Shown: positions 50,237 through 63,373, counted from the first letter of the stretch. The stretch is 64,000 bases of DNA from an uncultured Planctomycetota bacterium (GCA_963849325.1 CAWKHF010000002.1:96001-160000), one strand, 5' to 3'. Numbers and translations are program-made. The notes: generated by a model not told the origin, from the sequence alone.

Positions 50237-53200
50237 ATGGCCACTCAAAGCAGTTTCAAACAGCAATGCCCTAGCTGTGAGGCGATGGTCCCGATCCGCG
50301 ATCCCAAGCTCGTCGGCCGGAAAATCGACTGTCCCAAGTGCAAGTATCGCTTCGTAGTCGAGGAACCCGAAGAGGCGGAAGAACTCGAGGAGGCCGGCCC
50401 GGCCAAGAAGGGCAAGTCGGGGTCCGCCGCCACCAACAAGAAGCCGGCCCCCGGCAAGGGCAAGCCCGCCCGCCGGCCCGGCGACGAGGACGACGACGAG
50501 GAAGCCAAGCCGCAAAAGAAGCAAAGCGGCAGCGGTTCGACGATGCTCGTCCTGGGCATCGGACTCGCCGCCGTCGCCGTCGTGGCCCTGGCCATCGGCG
50601 GCTGGGCGCTGTTCGGCGGCGACAGCAAGCCCTCCTCCTCCGGCTCTCCCTCCAACTCGACGGCAAACGTCAATCCCACGACGACCCCGGAGGTCGCCAA
50701 GAAGGCGGACGAGAACAAGAAGAAGGAGGAGATCAAGCCGCGCCTGGGCGACGCCACCAACCTGCTGCCCAACGATTCCCAGGTCGTCCTCAACCTGCCG
50801 ATGGACCATCTGCTGGCCAACGGCGCCTTCAAGACGGCGGTGTTGCAGACGCCCGGCTCGTTCCGCGCGGACAGATTCGAGCGCATCTGGGGCATTCCCC
50901 CCGATAAAATCACCCAGGTCGTCATGGGCCTCAACGTCAGCAAGCAGACCGTCTTCTCGGTGATGCGCACCGACAATCCGATGAAACCGGACCAGGTCGT
51001 CGCCGGCCTGAAACTCCGCGCCGAGGCGCCGATCGGCGGCATGAAGTATTACCTGCTCACCAAGCCGCTCGATAGTCTGAGCACGTTGCTGCTCAAGGCC
51101 AATCAGCCGCGCGACAAGTTTGCCCTGTCCTTCCTCGACAATTACACGGTAGTCTGCGCCGACCTGGGGCCGATGCAGCAATTCTTGAAGGAAAAGGGCC
51201 ATCCGAAGCATTTGACGAACTTGCCGGTCGCCGAAACGCCGGCGCAGGAGGGAGCGCCGGGTACCCAGGGCGGACAACCGGGGGCACCCGGGACAACACC
51301 AGGCGGACCTCCTGGATCGGGCGGCCAACGGCCGGGCGCTCCGGGAAACCCGTCCTCTCCTCCACCGTCCGGCAGTTCGTCCACGCCTCCGGGCCGTCAA
51401 TCGTCAAACACTCAGCCGGGCAGTCCTTCCTCGGGATACAAGCCGCCTTCGGGCTACCAGCCGCCGGGCCGCAGCCCCGGCATGATGCCCGGCGCGAACT
51501 CGGAAGGCGGCAACGCGCCCGCCGAGACGATGAGTCCTTCCTATCTCACCGTCGATCCGAACCTTAAAGCGGCGCTGGATCAGGTCGAGAAGACCGAAAA
51601 GAAAGAGCCGGGACTGCTGCTGAGCGTGGCGGTTCAGACATCGCTATTGTCCGTGGACGATCTGAAAAAACTCGCGGCCCAGCAGGACAATAGCGTGCGG
51701 GTTCCCGATTTCGTCCTCAAGATGGGTTTGGAGCAGATGCAGAGCAAGGTCAAAACGGTTGCCCTTGGTCTAACCGAACTGAGCATCGATAAGGTTTCCG
51801 GGGCGGTAGCCGTGGCCCAGCGCGACGAACAACTTGCTCTAACGTCCGAGAAAGAGCTTAGTGACGTTCTGCCTAAACTCCTGGTCCTTATGGGCGTTGA
51901 CCTCGCACCGAAGAACGTCAATCCGGGCGACAATCCCGACATGGTGGGATCTAATGCTTATCCTCCGGGCATGCAGCAGCCCGGCGGCTATCCACAGCCT
52001 GGTGTGCGGCCTGGTGTGCGGCCGGGCGTCGCGCCTGGCAGTCCCTTCCCGCCGCCGCCCGGCGCCGACGACGAGCCGGAAGAGAAGGGCAAGGATGGCA
52101 ACTTTCTGATCTGGTCCAAAGAGAATGTCGTCGCGCTGGCGGTGAACCGAAACATCAAGGAGAGCCATTCCGTCGTCATCGCCCTGTACCTCGCCGAAGG
52201 CATCAAGGCGCTCAAGGGCATGGCGGACATGTCGGACAACCGCTGGCGCATCCACGAGTTGGCGGCGGCGACTCAGGCGTTCCTCAAGAAAGAGGGCCAC
52301 TTCCCACGCGGCACCGTGTTCCGCGCCCGCCACCGACCGCGTCATCGATTGGCGGCCCGATCAGCGGCTGAGCTGGATGGTCTCGCTGTTGCCCTACGTC
52401 GCCGACGGCGAATTCAAGAACCTGCCCTTGGACAACGAGAAATCGTGGGACGAGCCTCCGGTGAACGTGTTCACGGCGTCCACCGTCGTTCCGCCGTACA
52501 TCGCTCCGCTGCCGCCGGACAAGCCGTACTCCTTCTACATCCAGTATCCCGGCCACAAAGGCGCGCCGGTGGCCGCCACGCACTACGTCGGCATCGCCGG
52601 CGTCGGCCTGGACGCCGCCGAATACCGCGCCGACGACCCGGCGACGGCCAAGCTGCGCGGTATCTTCGGTTATGACCGCGAGACCAAGCTTGACCAGATC
52701 AAGGACGGCTCAGGCGAAACGATCCTGCTGATCCAGGTGCCGCCCGATCCCAAATCGCCGTGGATCGCCGGCGGCGGCAGCACGGTTCGCGGCGTGTCCG
52801 AGGACCTCGACTGCGTGCAGTCGTTCGTGTGTACCGAATACAAGGACCAGCGCGGCACCTTCGCCATCATGGCCGACGGCAAGGTACGCTTCATCCCGGC
52901 CACCATCGACCCGAAGGTGTTCCAGGCGATGTGTACCATCGCCGGCGGCGAAAAAATCAAGAACCTCGACGCCATCGCGCCGGAGGTGCCGCCGCCGGAG
53001 GAGCCGCAGGCCGAGCTGAAGACGGAGCCGCCGCCCCCGGTCGCCAAACCGCCGGAGCCGCCGAAGCCGGCGACGCCCTCGGCCCCTGCTCCGCGCGACG
53101 CCCGCACCGCCATCCCTCGCTCCAATCAGCTCAAGATGATCGGGTTGGCGTACCACAGTTACGCGGGCACGAACAAACGGCCGCCGAGCAAGATCGAGGA

Positions 53201-53435
53201 ACTGGCTCCGTTCTACGAGAACAACGCCGCCATCACCGCCGCCGTCCACGACGGCACGATCGTCGTACTCTGGAACGCCTCGTTCCAAACAATGACCGCC
53301 GGTACCTCCAACACCGTCCTGGCCTACGAGAAGGACGCCAAGGACAAGGGTGGGGTGGTACTCATGGCCGACGGGTCGGTGCGGACCATGACGGCCAAGG
53401 AGTTCGAGGGGGCGGCCAAGGCGGCCGGGAAATGA
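50237..53435 (+). CDS. Large Zn-ribbon/TM protein with two DUF1559-like domains; frameshift near 52330
   Basis: CPSC..CPKC, TM, PG-rich linkers, LSWMV.LLPY, IKDG..ETILL, MADG.VR twice, SNQLKMIGLAYH. Confidence 0.78.
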
Positions 53436-53461
53436 CCGGGGCTGGCCAAGACACGTTTTCG

Positions 53462-53536
53462 TCCGAGCCTGAAGCGTAAGCGAAGAGGACGATAACCTTC
53501 GGTTATCGTCCTCTTCGCTTACGCTTCAGGCTCGGA
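53462..53536. repeat. REP-like palindrome, family B
   Basis: Long perfect stem with TTCG loop, between convergent genes. Confidence 0.9.
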
Positions 53537-53553
53537 GGGAGCAAAAGGAACCC

Positions 53554-54723
53554 CTAGAACGGGACGTCGTAGCCCTCGCGTTCGACGTGGTTGTTGCCGA
53601 AGCCGACGTGGCGACGCGGCCGGCTGTTCAATTCGTGGCGGTTGATGTCGAACTGCTTCAACGCCCAGCCCCAATTCCACGTCTGCGTATCCATGAAGTG
53701 CATGACCAACAGATTTTTCAGCTCCTCGACCTCCGCGAAGCTGTAGCCGTCCGTCGAGGCGACGGCCGTATCGATGTCCAGGTGCGTGCGGATGTCCTCG
53801 TGCCAGCGTTCGAGCAGGCGGCGGCGCAGGTCGGCGTCGGGCGCCTTGAAGTGCAGCACCAGGTCGAGCCGGCCGGGACGCTTGAAGGCGCGATCGATCA
53901 GGTCCAGCGAGCAATTCGTGGTGAAGACGAAAACGATGCCCTCGTTGATCTCGATGCCGTCCATGGCGCTGAGGAAGACGGCCTGGTCCTCGGTCTCGGC
54001 GATCTTGTCGCGGTCGCGCAGGGCCAGGTCCATGTCGTCGAAAAAGACAATGCCGCGACGCTCGACGGTGAACAGCGCCTCGATACTGTCGTGAGCGCGG
54101 GCGGCGCGGTAGTTGTCGGGCGTCACCAGGCGATACTCCCAGCGGCGCTGGCGACAGGCTTCCCAGATCCAGCGGCAAGCCATCGTCTTGCCGTTGCCGG
54201 GAGCGCCGGTCAGCAGGACGCCGCGCTTGGCCCGGCCGCCGTAACCCTTGATGCGTTCGAGGTTGCCGCTCTCCAGATAGCCGATGGTGTTCTTCCAGAG
54301 CAGATCGAGTTGGTCCAGGGGCAGAATGGGCGGGACGCAGGGCGGTTCGTTATCGCGACGGCAGCGCAGGGCGAGCTTGTAGAGCCGGCGATAATCCTTG
54401 CCATCGACGACGGCGAAATCCATTCCCCAGCAGTTGAGGTTGTCGCTGTGGGCGAAGCGGACGCGGACGAAGCGGACGCCCTCGATGTCGTACAGGCGCA
54501 TGCCCAGCTGGATGCCGGGCATGGAATGGCGGTTGTCCGGATCCCAGTCGCGCACCAGCACGCCGTCGATGGGCAGCAGCGGGCCGCGGCGGGCGGCCTT
54601 GACCAGCGGCGTGTAAAACTCGTCCATGTCCACGGCCACGGGCGATGCGAAGCCCGCCTGGCGAGCGACGGTGTCGAGCAGGAAGCGATGGTCGGCGGCG
54701 TACTGCTGGAGCTGGCTGTTCAT
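53554..54723 (-). CDS. AAA+ family ATPase
   Basis: RGVLLTGAPGNGKT, VFFDDMD, FTTN, DRAFKRPGRLD. Confidence 0.88.
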   Translation of the reverse strand: MNSQLQQYAADHRFLLDTVARQAGFASPVAVDMDEFYTPLVKAARRGPLLPIDGVLVRDWDPDNRHSMPGIQLGMRLYDIEGVRFVRVRFAHSDNLNCWGMDFAVVDGKDYRRLYKLALRCRRDNEPPCVPPILPLDQLDLLWKNTIGYLESGNLERIKGYGGRAKRGVLLTGAPGNGKTMACRWIWEACRQRRWEYRLVTPDNYRAARAHDSIEALFTVERRGIVFFDDMDLALRDRDKIAETEDQAVFLSAMDGIEINEGIVFVFTTNCSLDLIDRAFKRPGRLDLVLHFKAPDADLRRRLLERWHEDIRTHLDIDTAVASTDGYSFAEVEELKNLLVMHFMDTQTWNWGWALKQFDINRHELNSRPRRHVGFGNNHVEREGYDVPF

Positions 54724-54874
54724 AGTAAGTTCGACACCGGATTGCGGGGTGTGGTTCGCCCTGACATTGGGTTGTCAACCGGCGGCCGAGAGGAACGACA
54801 GGACGCCAGCACGCCTATCTTACCCCGGCGGCGCGGTCGTTGGCAATGAGCGTCTTGCGGATGGGGTGCAGCCC

Positions 54875-55270
54875 TCAAAGGATTTCAACGACGATCGCCC
54901 CGCAGCGCGCGAGGTTTTTATCTCCGGTGAGAAAGGCGGTAGACTTGGCGAGAATGGCACTCGCCAAATGAATGGCATCCGGCGTCTTGAGGTTAAGGGA
55001 GGCGCGCAACTCGGTAGCCTTCTCCACGACATCGGCTGTGATGTCCAGCAGCTGGACCTCTGGGCCGTTGAAAAGCGCCTCGTAGAGAGCGAGGAGGGTC
55101 GTATCGCCTGCCCGAAGCGGTTTGCAGCGGCATTCCAGGCGGCTCAACCACGAGGTCGCCAGGAAGCGGCCTGTCCCGCGCAACGGTTGCAAACGAACTT
55201 CGAGGGGTGCCCGGACGGCGGAGGTCCCTTCGAGCAGGCGGATAAGGACATTCGCGTCCGCGTAGATCAT
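54875..55270 (-). CDS. vapC: Type II TA toxin, VapC/PIN domain
   Basis: MIYADANVLI, SRLEC, LKTPDAIHLASA, FLTGD. Confidence 0.9.
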   Translation of the reverse strand: MIYADANVLIRLLEGTSAVRAPLEVRLQPLRGTGRFLATSWLSRLECRCKPLRAGDTTLLALYEALFNGPEVQLLDITADVVEKATELRASLNLKTPDAIHLASAILAKSTAFLTGDKNLARCGAIVVEIL

Positions 55271-55503
55271 TCGTCGCCCCACGCCTCTCGTTCGTCGCGG
55301 ACCTGGGCCGCGATGTCCTCCGCAGACCGAAGGACGGGCGCCTTGCCGAACAGGTCAAAGATCGAGGTCGGTGGCGAAGACGGTGCTGATTTCTCGTGGG
55401 GGAAAACAATCAGTTCCGCGAGGCCTTCCGCGATGGGCAGCGGTTCGCTGGGGATGAAAACCTGGCCCACGTATGTGCCGCGCACGACGATCGCTTCACT
55501 CAT
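55267..55503 (-). CDS. Putative antitoxin
   Basis: 78 aa; beta-rich N-terminus VRGTYVGQVFIPSEPLP; ATGA overlap with vapC; strong SD. Confidence 0.75.
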   Translation of the reverse strand: MSEAIVVRGTYVGQVFIPSEPLPIAEGLAELIVFPHEKSAPSSPPTSIFDLFGKAPVLRSAEDIAAQVRDEREAWGDE

Positions 55504-55592
55504 ACGGCTCCTTTCCTTCCGAAGGCTCGAATGGGCGCCTATTTATTGTATCTCCCAAAGAAGAGGGGTGGGAGACGGACGGTGCGCCAAAG

Positions 55593-56756
55593 TCAGCTCC
55601 CTTCCCGCCCGGGCAGTGCAACCACACTGCCGGCAAGGACGACGGCGCGAAGGCGGAAATCATCGCCCGGCTGCCAATCGAACAGAATGAGGTCCGCCGG
55701 AGCGCCGACGTGCAGCGGCCGTGCTTCCAACCCGAGCAACTGGCGCGGCCGCGCCCCGGTCATGTCCACGGCGTCGGCCAGCGACACATCGGCGACGGCG
55801 AGGAGGTGTCCGACGCAGGCGTCGGTGAAGACGCCGGAACCCGCCAGGAACGCGGTGCCCGGCACGACGATACGGCCGGTCGGCAGCACCTCGAACTCCT
55901 GGTCCCATTCGCGGTAACGTCCGGGCGGCAGACCGGCGAGGCTGCTGGCGTCGCATGTCAGGATCGTCCGCGCCGGCGTCTTGACGCGCAGGATGCAACG
56001 CAGCACGGCCGGCGGCAGATGATGGCCATCGCTGATGACGCTGGCCCACAGCTCGTCGGCGGCGAGCTGCTCCCACAGGTAGTTGTCGTGCCTCGGCAGC
56101 TGAGCGTGGGAGCCGTTGCCCAGGTGCGTGGACAGCCGGGCGCCTGCGGCGATGGCGGCGCGGATGCAATCGGGACGGGCAGCGGTGTGGCCCAGCGCGA
56201 CGACGACATCCGCGGCGACGAGCTTTTCGAGGAAGGGCAGTGCGCCGTCTCGTTCCGGGGCGAGCGTCACCAACCGAATGCGGCCGCCGGCGGCGTCCTG
56301 GAAACGACGAAACTCGTCCCAGTCGGGCGGACGGACATGGCGCAGCGGATGCGCACCGCGAGGGCCGTCCTCGGGACTGATGTACGGGCCTTCCAGGTGC
56401 AGCGCCGGGATGGCACGGGCGAGTTCGGCGTCGGTCTCGCAGGCGCGGCGCAGCGTGGTGAAACCGTGAATCAACGATTCGTGGGCATTGGTGATTAGCG
56501 TAGGGCACAGGCCGCCGATCCCGTGATGGCGGCACACCTGGACGACACGGCGGATGTCTTCGTCGGTCAGGCGCGGCGAATTGAAGCTGATGCCGTCGCA
56601 GCCGTTGATCTGCAGGTCGAACAGGGCGGGAGCGATCCACTCCGCTTCCCAATCGACCGTCCCTTCGGCGGCGGGAGCCAGGCTGGCGATGCGGCCGTGC
56701 TCGCAGCGGATGGAGAGTCGTTCGCCAGTTGTGTAGTGTCGGGCGCGGAACTGCAT
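55593..56756 (-). CDS. nagA: N-acetylglucosamine-6-phosphate deacetylase-like amidohydrolase
   Basis: DLQING, PTLIT, HLEGPY, VTLAPE, GHT, THLGN, DGHH, LAGS. Confidence 0.85.
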   Translation of the reverse strand: MQFRARHYTTGERLSIRCEHGRIASLAPAAEGTVDWEAEWIAPALFDLQINGCDGISFNSPRLTDEDIRRVVQVCRHHGIGGLCPTLITNAHESLIHGFTTLRRACETDAELARAIPALHLEGPYISPEDGPRGAHPLRHVRPPDWDEFRRFQDAAGGRIRLVTLAPERDGALPFLEKLVAADVVVALGHTAARPDCIRAAIAAGARLSTHLGNGSHAQLPRHDNYLWEQLAADELWASVISDGHHLPPAVLRCILRVKTPARTILTCDASSLAGLPPGRYREWDQEFEVLPTGRIVVPGTAFLAGSGVFTDACVGHLLAVADVSLADAVDMTGARPRQLLGLEARPLHVGAPADLILFDWQPGDDFRLRAVVLAGSVVALPGREGS

Positions 56757-56811
56757 GGAAGATAGACCCACAACAGGGAGATTATATCTTGAAAAGAATC
56801 GCCGGAATCCC

Positions 56812-57102
56812 TCAATAGTTCCTGGTTTTCCAGTAGGTGGACAGACCCTTGGCGAACATTCCGAGTCCCGCCAGGATGATGCCCCAGAAGAAAATCCCCC
56901 ATGCGCCACCCGTCGCGGCGATGGTAAGGGCAGTTAACGCCGCGCCACTCAGGAAGACGATCAACCCAACGACCATGAGAAGGCGACCGCCGACATTGGC
57001 TTCCTTGAGTGCCCCTGGACCGCCCTCGAAGTTAAAACCGCAATCACATCGGGGAGAGGTGTCGGGGTTCACCAGGCCGCATACCGGACAATCTCTCGGC
57101 AC
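56812..57102 (-). CDS. Small membrane protein with N-terminal Zn ribbon
   Basis: CPVCG..NP....RCDCG, two TM segments. Confidence 0.65.
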   Translation of the reverse strand: MPRDCPVCGLVNPDTSPRCDCGFNFEGGPGALKEANVGGRLLMVVGLIVFLSGAALTALTIAATGGAWGIFFWGIILAGLGMFAKGLSTYWKTRNY

Positions 57103-57172
57103 GACATTTCTCCCTGTCGAACTGCTCTGCGGAACTGGAAATGTTATATTCCCCCCGGCAGGGAAGTTGCGT

Positions 57173-57225
57173 TGTAGGACGGCCTTCCTAGGCCGTCCGG
57201 GACGGGCTGGGAAGGCCGTCCTACA
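57173..57225. repeat. GTAG-type REP doublet (REPIN-like)
   Basis: TGTAGGACGGCCTTCCTAGGCCGTCC and the inverted GGACGGGCTGGGAAGGCCGTCCTACA. Confidence 0.8.
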
Positions 57226-57339
57226 GGATGCTCTTTCTTGCCGAGGTAATAACCGTTGCGACCGATCATGACGACTTCATGCCGCGTGATGGTCGCTGGG
57301 GCGCTGCGCAGACTACGCGGCAGACCCTCGCAGTCACTC

Positions 57340-58868
57340 CTACCGGCTGAAGCGGGCGATCAGGGCGCCCACGAACGTAACCGCGGCGCCGAGGATGGCG
57401 CCAATGCCGAAGATCAACGCATCGCGGCGGCTGAGGCGCCATCCTCGGGCGGCCTTCGCGGCGGAAGGCAGAGAGTCCAGAGGGACAAGTTCCACGTCGA
57501 TCGGCACCGATTCCTCGCCGGCAGGGACAGCCAACGGCGGAGTGCCTGCGACCTCGGAGACGGCAGACACGGCGCGACGTTGCTTCTTGTTGCGTTTGCC
57601 GCCGCGCGGGCGCTCCTCCTGTCCGGCCGTCCGCGCTGCCTTGGGCAACTCGGGGGGCTTGGCGGCCGGCAGACTATCCGTTGTCGGCTTCTTGACGGTC
57701 GGCGCCGCCGTCGCCGAGACCGGGACCGGCTTCTTGTTCTCGACTTCCAGCCAGGTCAGGTACGGCCGCATGCGCGGGTCGGCCTCGGGGGCGGCCAACG
57801 GCTCGTTGCCGGCGGCGAGGAAGACCTGCAACGCCTGGGCGGCGCGCTCGGGCGTCGGGTAGCGCTCGAGCGACATCCTTGGCCATCATCCAGTTGACGA
57901 TCTGCTGCAAGCCGTCGGGGACCGCCGGGTTCAACTCCTTCAGCGGCCGGGCCGGCTCGGTTGCGTGGCGGATCATCTGACTGATGATATTGGTGTCGGG
58001 GAAGGGCGGCTGACCGACCAGGACATGGTAGAGGACGCAGCCGAGGCTGTAGATGTCGGCGCGGATGTCGGCCTGGCGCGGATCGCGTGCCTGCTCTGGC
58101 GACATGTAGTCCGGCGTGCCCAGCAGGACGCCCTCGGTCGTCAGGCCGTGATCGCCCGGTTCGCCCGCCGAGTCCTCGAACAGGGTGCGACCCAGGCCGA
58201 TGTCGAGGATTTTGATCGTCGCCCGCAGCGTGCTGTCGAGCGTCGAACCGACCAGCATCAGGTTGGACGGTTTCAGGTCGCGGTGGACCAGTCCCTGGGC
58301 GTGGATGTGCTGCAAGCCCTGCAACGCCTGATAAACCAGGCGGACGCCCTCGCCGGGCAGCATCTTACCGCGGCGGGCCAGAACGTCCTCGAGGGTCTCG
58401 CCCTCCAGGTACTCCATGACCAGGTAATGCAGGCCGTCGGCGACGCCGGTCTGGAAGGAGCGGACGATGTTGGGGTGCTTGAGGCGCAAGGCCAGGCGGG
58501 CCTCGCGGTGGAAGCGGCCGAGCAGGTTCGCTTCGCGGGCCTTGGACGGCGGCAGCACCTTGATGGCCACGATCTGGCCGAGCTGGTGCTGGGCCTTGTA
58601 AACGCCGGCCATGCGGCCCTTGCCCAGTCGATCGAGGACCTTGTACTCGTTGAGGAAGAAGCCGTCGGCGTGGCCGCGCGCCAGCAGCTGCGCCTGGTAC
58701 TCGGTGAGGTAGCGGTTCGATACCATCCACGAGGCGAAGCGCGCCAGGTTGTTGGCCCCATCCTCGGGCCTCCTGCTGCCAGCGCGCGTACATGGCCTTG
58801 GCTTCGTCGATGGACAGCAGCTTGCTGCGCAGCAGCAGGCCGTAGACGTTCTGTACCGTGAGTTCCAT
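57340..58868 (-). CDS. Ser/Thr protein kinase with C-terminal TM; frameshifts near 58760 and 57870
   Basis: LGKGRMAGVY, VAIKVL, HRDLKPSN, DIGLG, GTPDYMSPEQ, DIYSLG. Confidence 0.9.
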
Positions 58869-58914
58869 GCCCGCCTCCGCCGCCCGACTCGGACTTCTCC
58901 CTTATAATACCATT

Positions 58915-59736
58915 ATGAACCTGGACATGGCGCTAACGGTCCTGTCGCATACCCCCGACGCTCCGCTCGACCTGGCGGAGTTGGCCCTGTCACTGGCGCA
59001 GGACGAATACGTCTCCCTGGACGTCGAGGCGTACCTGAGCGAGTTGGACGGCATGGCCCACGAGGCGCGGGCACACCTGCGCGGCAGTCTGACGACGCGC
59101 GTCAAGGGTCTGTGCCGCTATCTGTTTCACGACATGGGCTTTCGCGGCAATCAGCAGGATTACTACGACGCGCGCAACAGCTACCTCAACGACGTGCTGG
59201 ACCGTCGCACCGGCATCCCTATTACCCTGTCGGCGGTGGCGATGGCCGTCGGCCGGCGGGCCGGGCTGGATGTCGTCGGCGTTGGTCTACCCGGCCATTT
59301 CGTGGCGAAGGCCGTCGAGAACGGCGAAGAGATCCTGTTCGATCCGTTCCACGGCGGTCGGCGGCTGACACCGGAGAAGTGTCAGCGGCTGGTCGAACAG
59401 GTGGCCGGCATGCCGTTCGAGGCCAATGCCGAGGCGCTGCAGCCCGTTTCCCTGGGGGCGATGGTACTGCGCATGCTGAATAACCTGAAGGGCGTCTACC
59501 TGCGAAGCAGCGATTACGGCCGGGCGGCGCGCGTCATCGAGCGGCTGCGGCAGTTGAACCCGGACGATCCGCTGCAAAGGCGCGATCTCGGTGCGACGCT
59601 GTTCCAGGCGGGGCAGGCCGGCCGGGCCATCGATCACTTGCAGGCTTACCTGTCGGCGTCGCCGCAGGCGGAAGATGCCGACATGGTGGAGAAACTACTG
59701 CGGCAGGCGCGGGGGTCGGTGGCACGGTGGAATTGA
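58915..59736 (+). CDS. SirB1 family protein (transglutaminase-like core + TPR)
   Basis: GFRGN..DYYD.RNSYLNDVLDRRTGIPITLS, PGHF, DPFHGG, RMLNNLK. Confidence 0.9.
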   Translation: MNLDMALTVLSHTPDAPLDLAELALSLAQDEYVSLDVEAYLSELDGMAHEARAHLRGSLTTRVKGLCRYLFHDMGFRGNQQDYYDARNSYLNDVLDRRTGIPITLSAVAMAVGRRAGLDVVGVGLPGHFVAKAVENGEEILFDPFHGGRRLTPEKCQRLVEQVAGMPFEANAEALQPVSLGAMVLRMLNNLKGVYLRSSDYGRAARVIERLRQLNPDDPLQRRDLGATLFQAGQAGRAIDHLQAYLSASPQAEDADMVEKLLRQARGSVARWN

Positions 59737-59741
59737 AACGC

Positions 59742-60389
59742 TTACGATTTCGACCGCTTTTTCGGCGCCGGCTCTCGCTCGATTCGGGCGAACACCTCGC
59801 GCAGCGATAGACTCAACCCCGGCAGCACGTCGCCGCCATCAAGGTCCTGATCTTCCTTGAGGAGACGGGATTGATCGGGCGCGGTATAGACGCGGACGAT
59901 CCGTTTTCGCGGATCCACTACCCACGCGAGCCGAGTGCCGCTGCGAAAGTATTCGTGGAGCTTGCGATCTATCTCCGCCTTCGTGTTCTTTCGGCTGAGG
60001 ACTTCCACGGCCAAATCGGGGTACAGGTCCGGGATGGGCTTTGTCGGGATCTTGCGCTTGGGGAGTTGGTCCCACGAGATGAAAGACACATCCGGTATGC
60101 GAACCAAACCCGGCCAGAGGCGTAGAGTGCCGTCTTCACCTGCCAAAAAACCGAGATCCTGCCGTTCCAGAAATGTCTGGAGAAAAAAGGCAATCCTCAG
60201 TGCCAGGAAAGATGCCGCCAGTCCCATGGTCTTCTCCACCAGGACGCCATCGACCAGCTCACAAATCCTTCCTTCGCGGCGCTCAACGGCGAGAACGTCC
60301 TTTTCCGTGGCGGTTCCGGGCAGCGGATCAAGTAGGACGCGCTCGGCGGAAATGCCGCCGAGTTTCTTCAATAGTTCGGCAACGGTCAT
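59742..60389 (-). CDS. Uma2 family endonuclease
   Basis: ELVDGVLVEK.M, VRIPDVSF, PDLAVEVLS, K..EYF..G..L.WVVDP, GGDVLPG. Confidence 0.92.
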   Translation of the reverse strand: MTVAELLKKLGGISAERVLLDPLPGTATEKDVLAVERREGRICELVDGVLVEKTMGLAASFLALRIAFFLQTFLERQDLGFLAGEDGTLRLWPGLVRIPDVSFISWDQLPKRKIPTKPIPDLYPDLAVEVLSRKNTKAEIDRKLHEYFRSGTRLAWVVDPRKRIVRVYTAPDQSRLLKEDQDLDGGDVLPGLSLSLREVFARIEREPAPKKRSKS

Positions 60390-60411
60390 AAACGGTCCCT
60401 CCGGAGCGAAA

Positions 60412-60882
60412 TCATTTCGGCAGATTGCGCAGCAGATTCACCATCTCGATCGCAGTCAAGGCGGCGTCGAAGCCCTTGTTGCCGGCCTTGGCGCCGGCGC
60501 GGTTGATGGCTTGCTCCAGCGTGTCGCAGGTGAGGATGCCGAAGATCACCGGCACGTTCGTCGCCAACGCCGCCCGCGCCACGCCGCCGGCGGCTTCGCC
60601 GGCCACGTAATCGTAATGGTCCGTGTCGCCGCGAATGACGGCGCCCAGGCAGATCACCGCCGCGTACCGGCCGCTTCCGGCCAGCCGCTGCGCCACGAAC
60701 GGGATCTCGAACGAGCCGGGCACGCGCACGATGTCGATGGCATCGTCGGCGACCCCGTGACGCTTCAGGGCGTCGAGCGCCCCGGCAACGAGCGGCTCGA
60801 CGATGGCGGAATTGAAACGCGCCGACACCAGGGCGAATCGCCCCGATGGCGGCGCGAACGAACCTTCGTAGATGGTTGGCAT
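60412..60882 (-). CDS. ribH: 6,7-dimethyl-8-ribityllumazine synthase
   Basis: [36 protein letters not shown]. Confidence 0.96.
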   Translation of the reverse strand: MPTIYEGSFAPPSGRFALVSARFNSAIVEPLVAGALDALKRHGVADDAIDIVRVPGSFEIPFVAQRLAGSGRYAAVICLGAVIRGDTDHYDYVAGEAAGGVARAALATNVPVIFGILTCDTLEQAINRAGAKAGNKGFDAALTAIEMVNLLRNLPK

Positions 60883-60902
60883 AACAATATGTGCGAACTA
60901 CT

Positions 60903-60975
60903 TCCCGTTTAGCCGCGACGCGCAGCGGAGCGCGGGACGCTTCCGCGCTCCGCTGCGCGTCGCGGCTAAACGGGA
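60903..60975. repeat. REP-like palindrome, family A
   Basis: Near-identical to 3041-3109. Confidence 0.9.
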
Positions 60976-60989
60976 TTCCGAACAAGTCT

Positions 60990-62534
<1,545 letters not shown>

Positions 62535-62725
62535 GTTATTTTCTCCTTCACAGAGGGCTGGGGCGGGAGGAAGAGAATGGACAGCAATCATCCATTCTTT
62601 CGGCCGGCCGAACGCGGAGATGATGGTCGTGTCGCGTTCGGCGCGAGAAGGCCCCAGCGGCGGGCTTCCAAACAGGGTTAGAGGTAGCTCACGGATTCCA
62701 GTCCGCGGCCGAGTCGGCCGACGGG

Positions 62726-63373
62726 TTAAGGTTCGAGTTCGCTCCGGGTCGAAGCCTGGGCCAGTCCCCAGAGATGCAAGAGGTCATTCACCTGGCGGTT
62801 CAGATGCTCGAGGGAGGCCGAGTTATCGAGCACATGATCGGCCCGAACGACCTTTTCCGTCAAGGGCAATTGCGCCTGCTCACGGGCGTCCACCTCCTTT
62901 TCCGTCCAGCCGCGCTGCCGGGCCACCCGCGCCAGGCGCACGGCCCGCGGCGCCTCGATGTAGACCAGACAGTCACAAACATCATTCCATCCCGCCTCCA
63001 GCATGATCGCCGCGTCGAGGACGACCAGCGGCACGCGGGGGTTGGCCCGTGCAGCCTCCATCTCGCCGTGCAGACGCCGGCGAATCCACGGGTGCGTGAT
63101 CGCTTCCAGCGCCTTCAGCTCGGCCGGATCGGCGAAGACGACGGCGGCGAGACGACGGCGATTGACCTCGCCATCCTCATCCAGCACGCCCTCGCCCCAG
63201 CGCGCCGCAATGCGGGCGCGGATGTCGGGATCGCGCAGGGCGGCGTGCGCCAGCTGATCGCCGGCGATGACGCGCGCCCCGTGGCGGGCGAAGGCGGCGG
63301 CTACCTGACTCTTGCCGCTGCCGATGCCGCCAATCAAGCCCACCACTCGTTTGTCGCCCCGCGCGGCGGTCAT
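62726..63373 (-). CDS. coaE: Dephospho-CoA kinase
   Basis: VGLIGGIGSGKS, NRRRLAAVVF.D, LEAITHP, RE.AQ, AD.VLDN. Confidence 0.94.
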   Translation of the reverse strand: MTAARGDKRVVGLIGGIGSGKSQVAAAFARHGARVIAGDQLAHAALRDPDIRARIAARWGEGVLDEDGEVNRRRLAAVVFADPAELKALEAITHPWIRRRLHGEMEAARANPRVPLVVLDAAIMLEAGWNDVCDCLVYIEAPRAVRLARVARQRGWTEKEVDAREQAQLPLTEKVVRADHVLDNSASLEHLNRQVNDLLHLWGLAQASTRSELEP

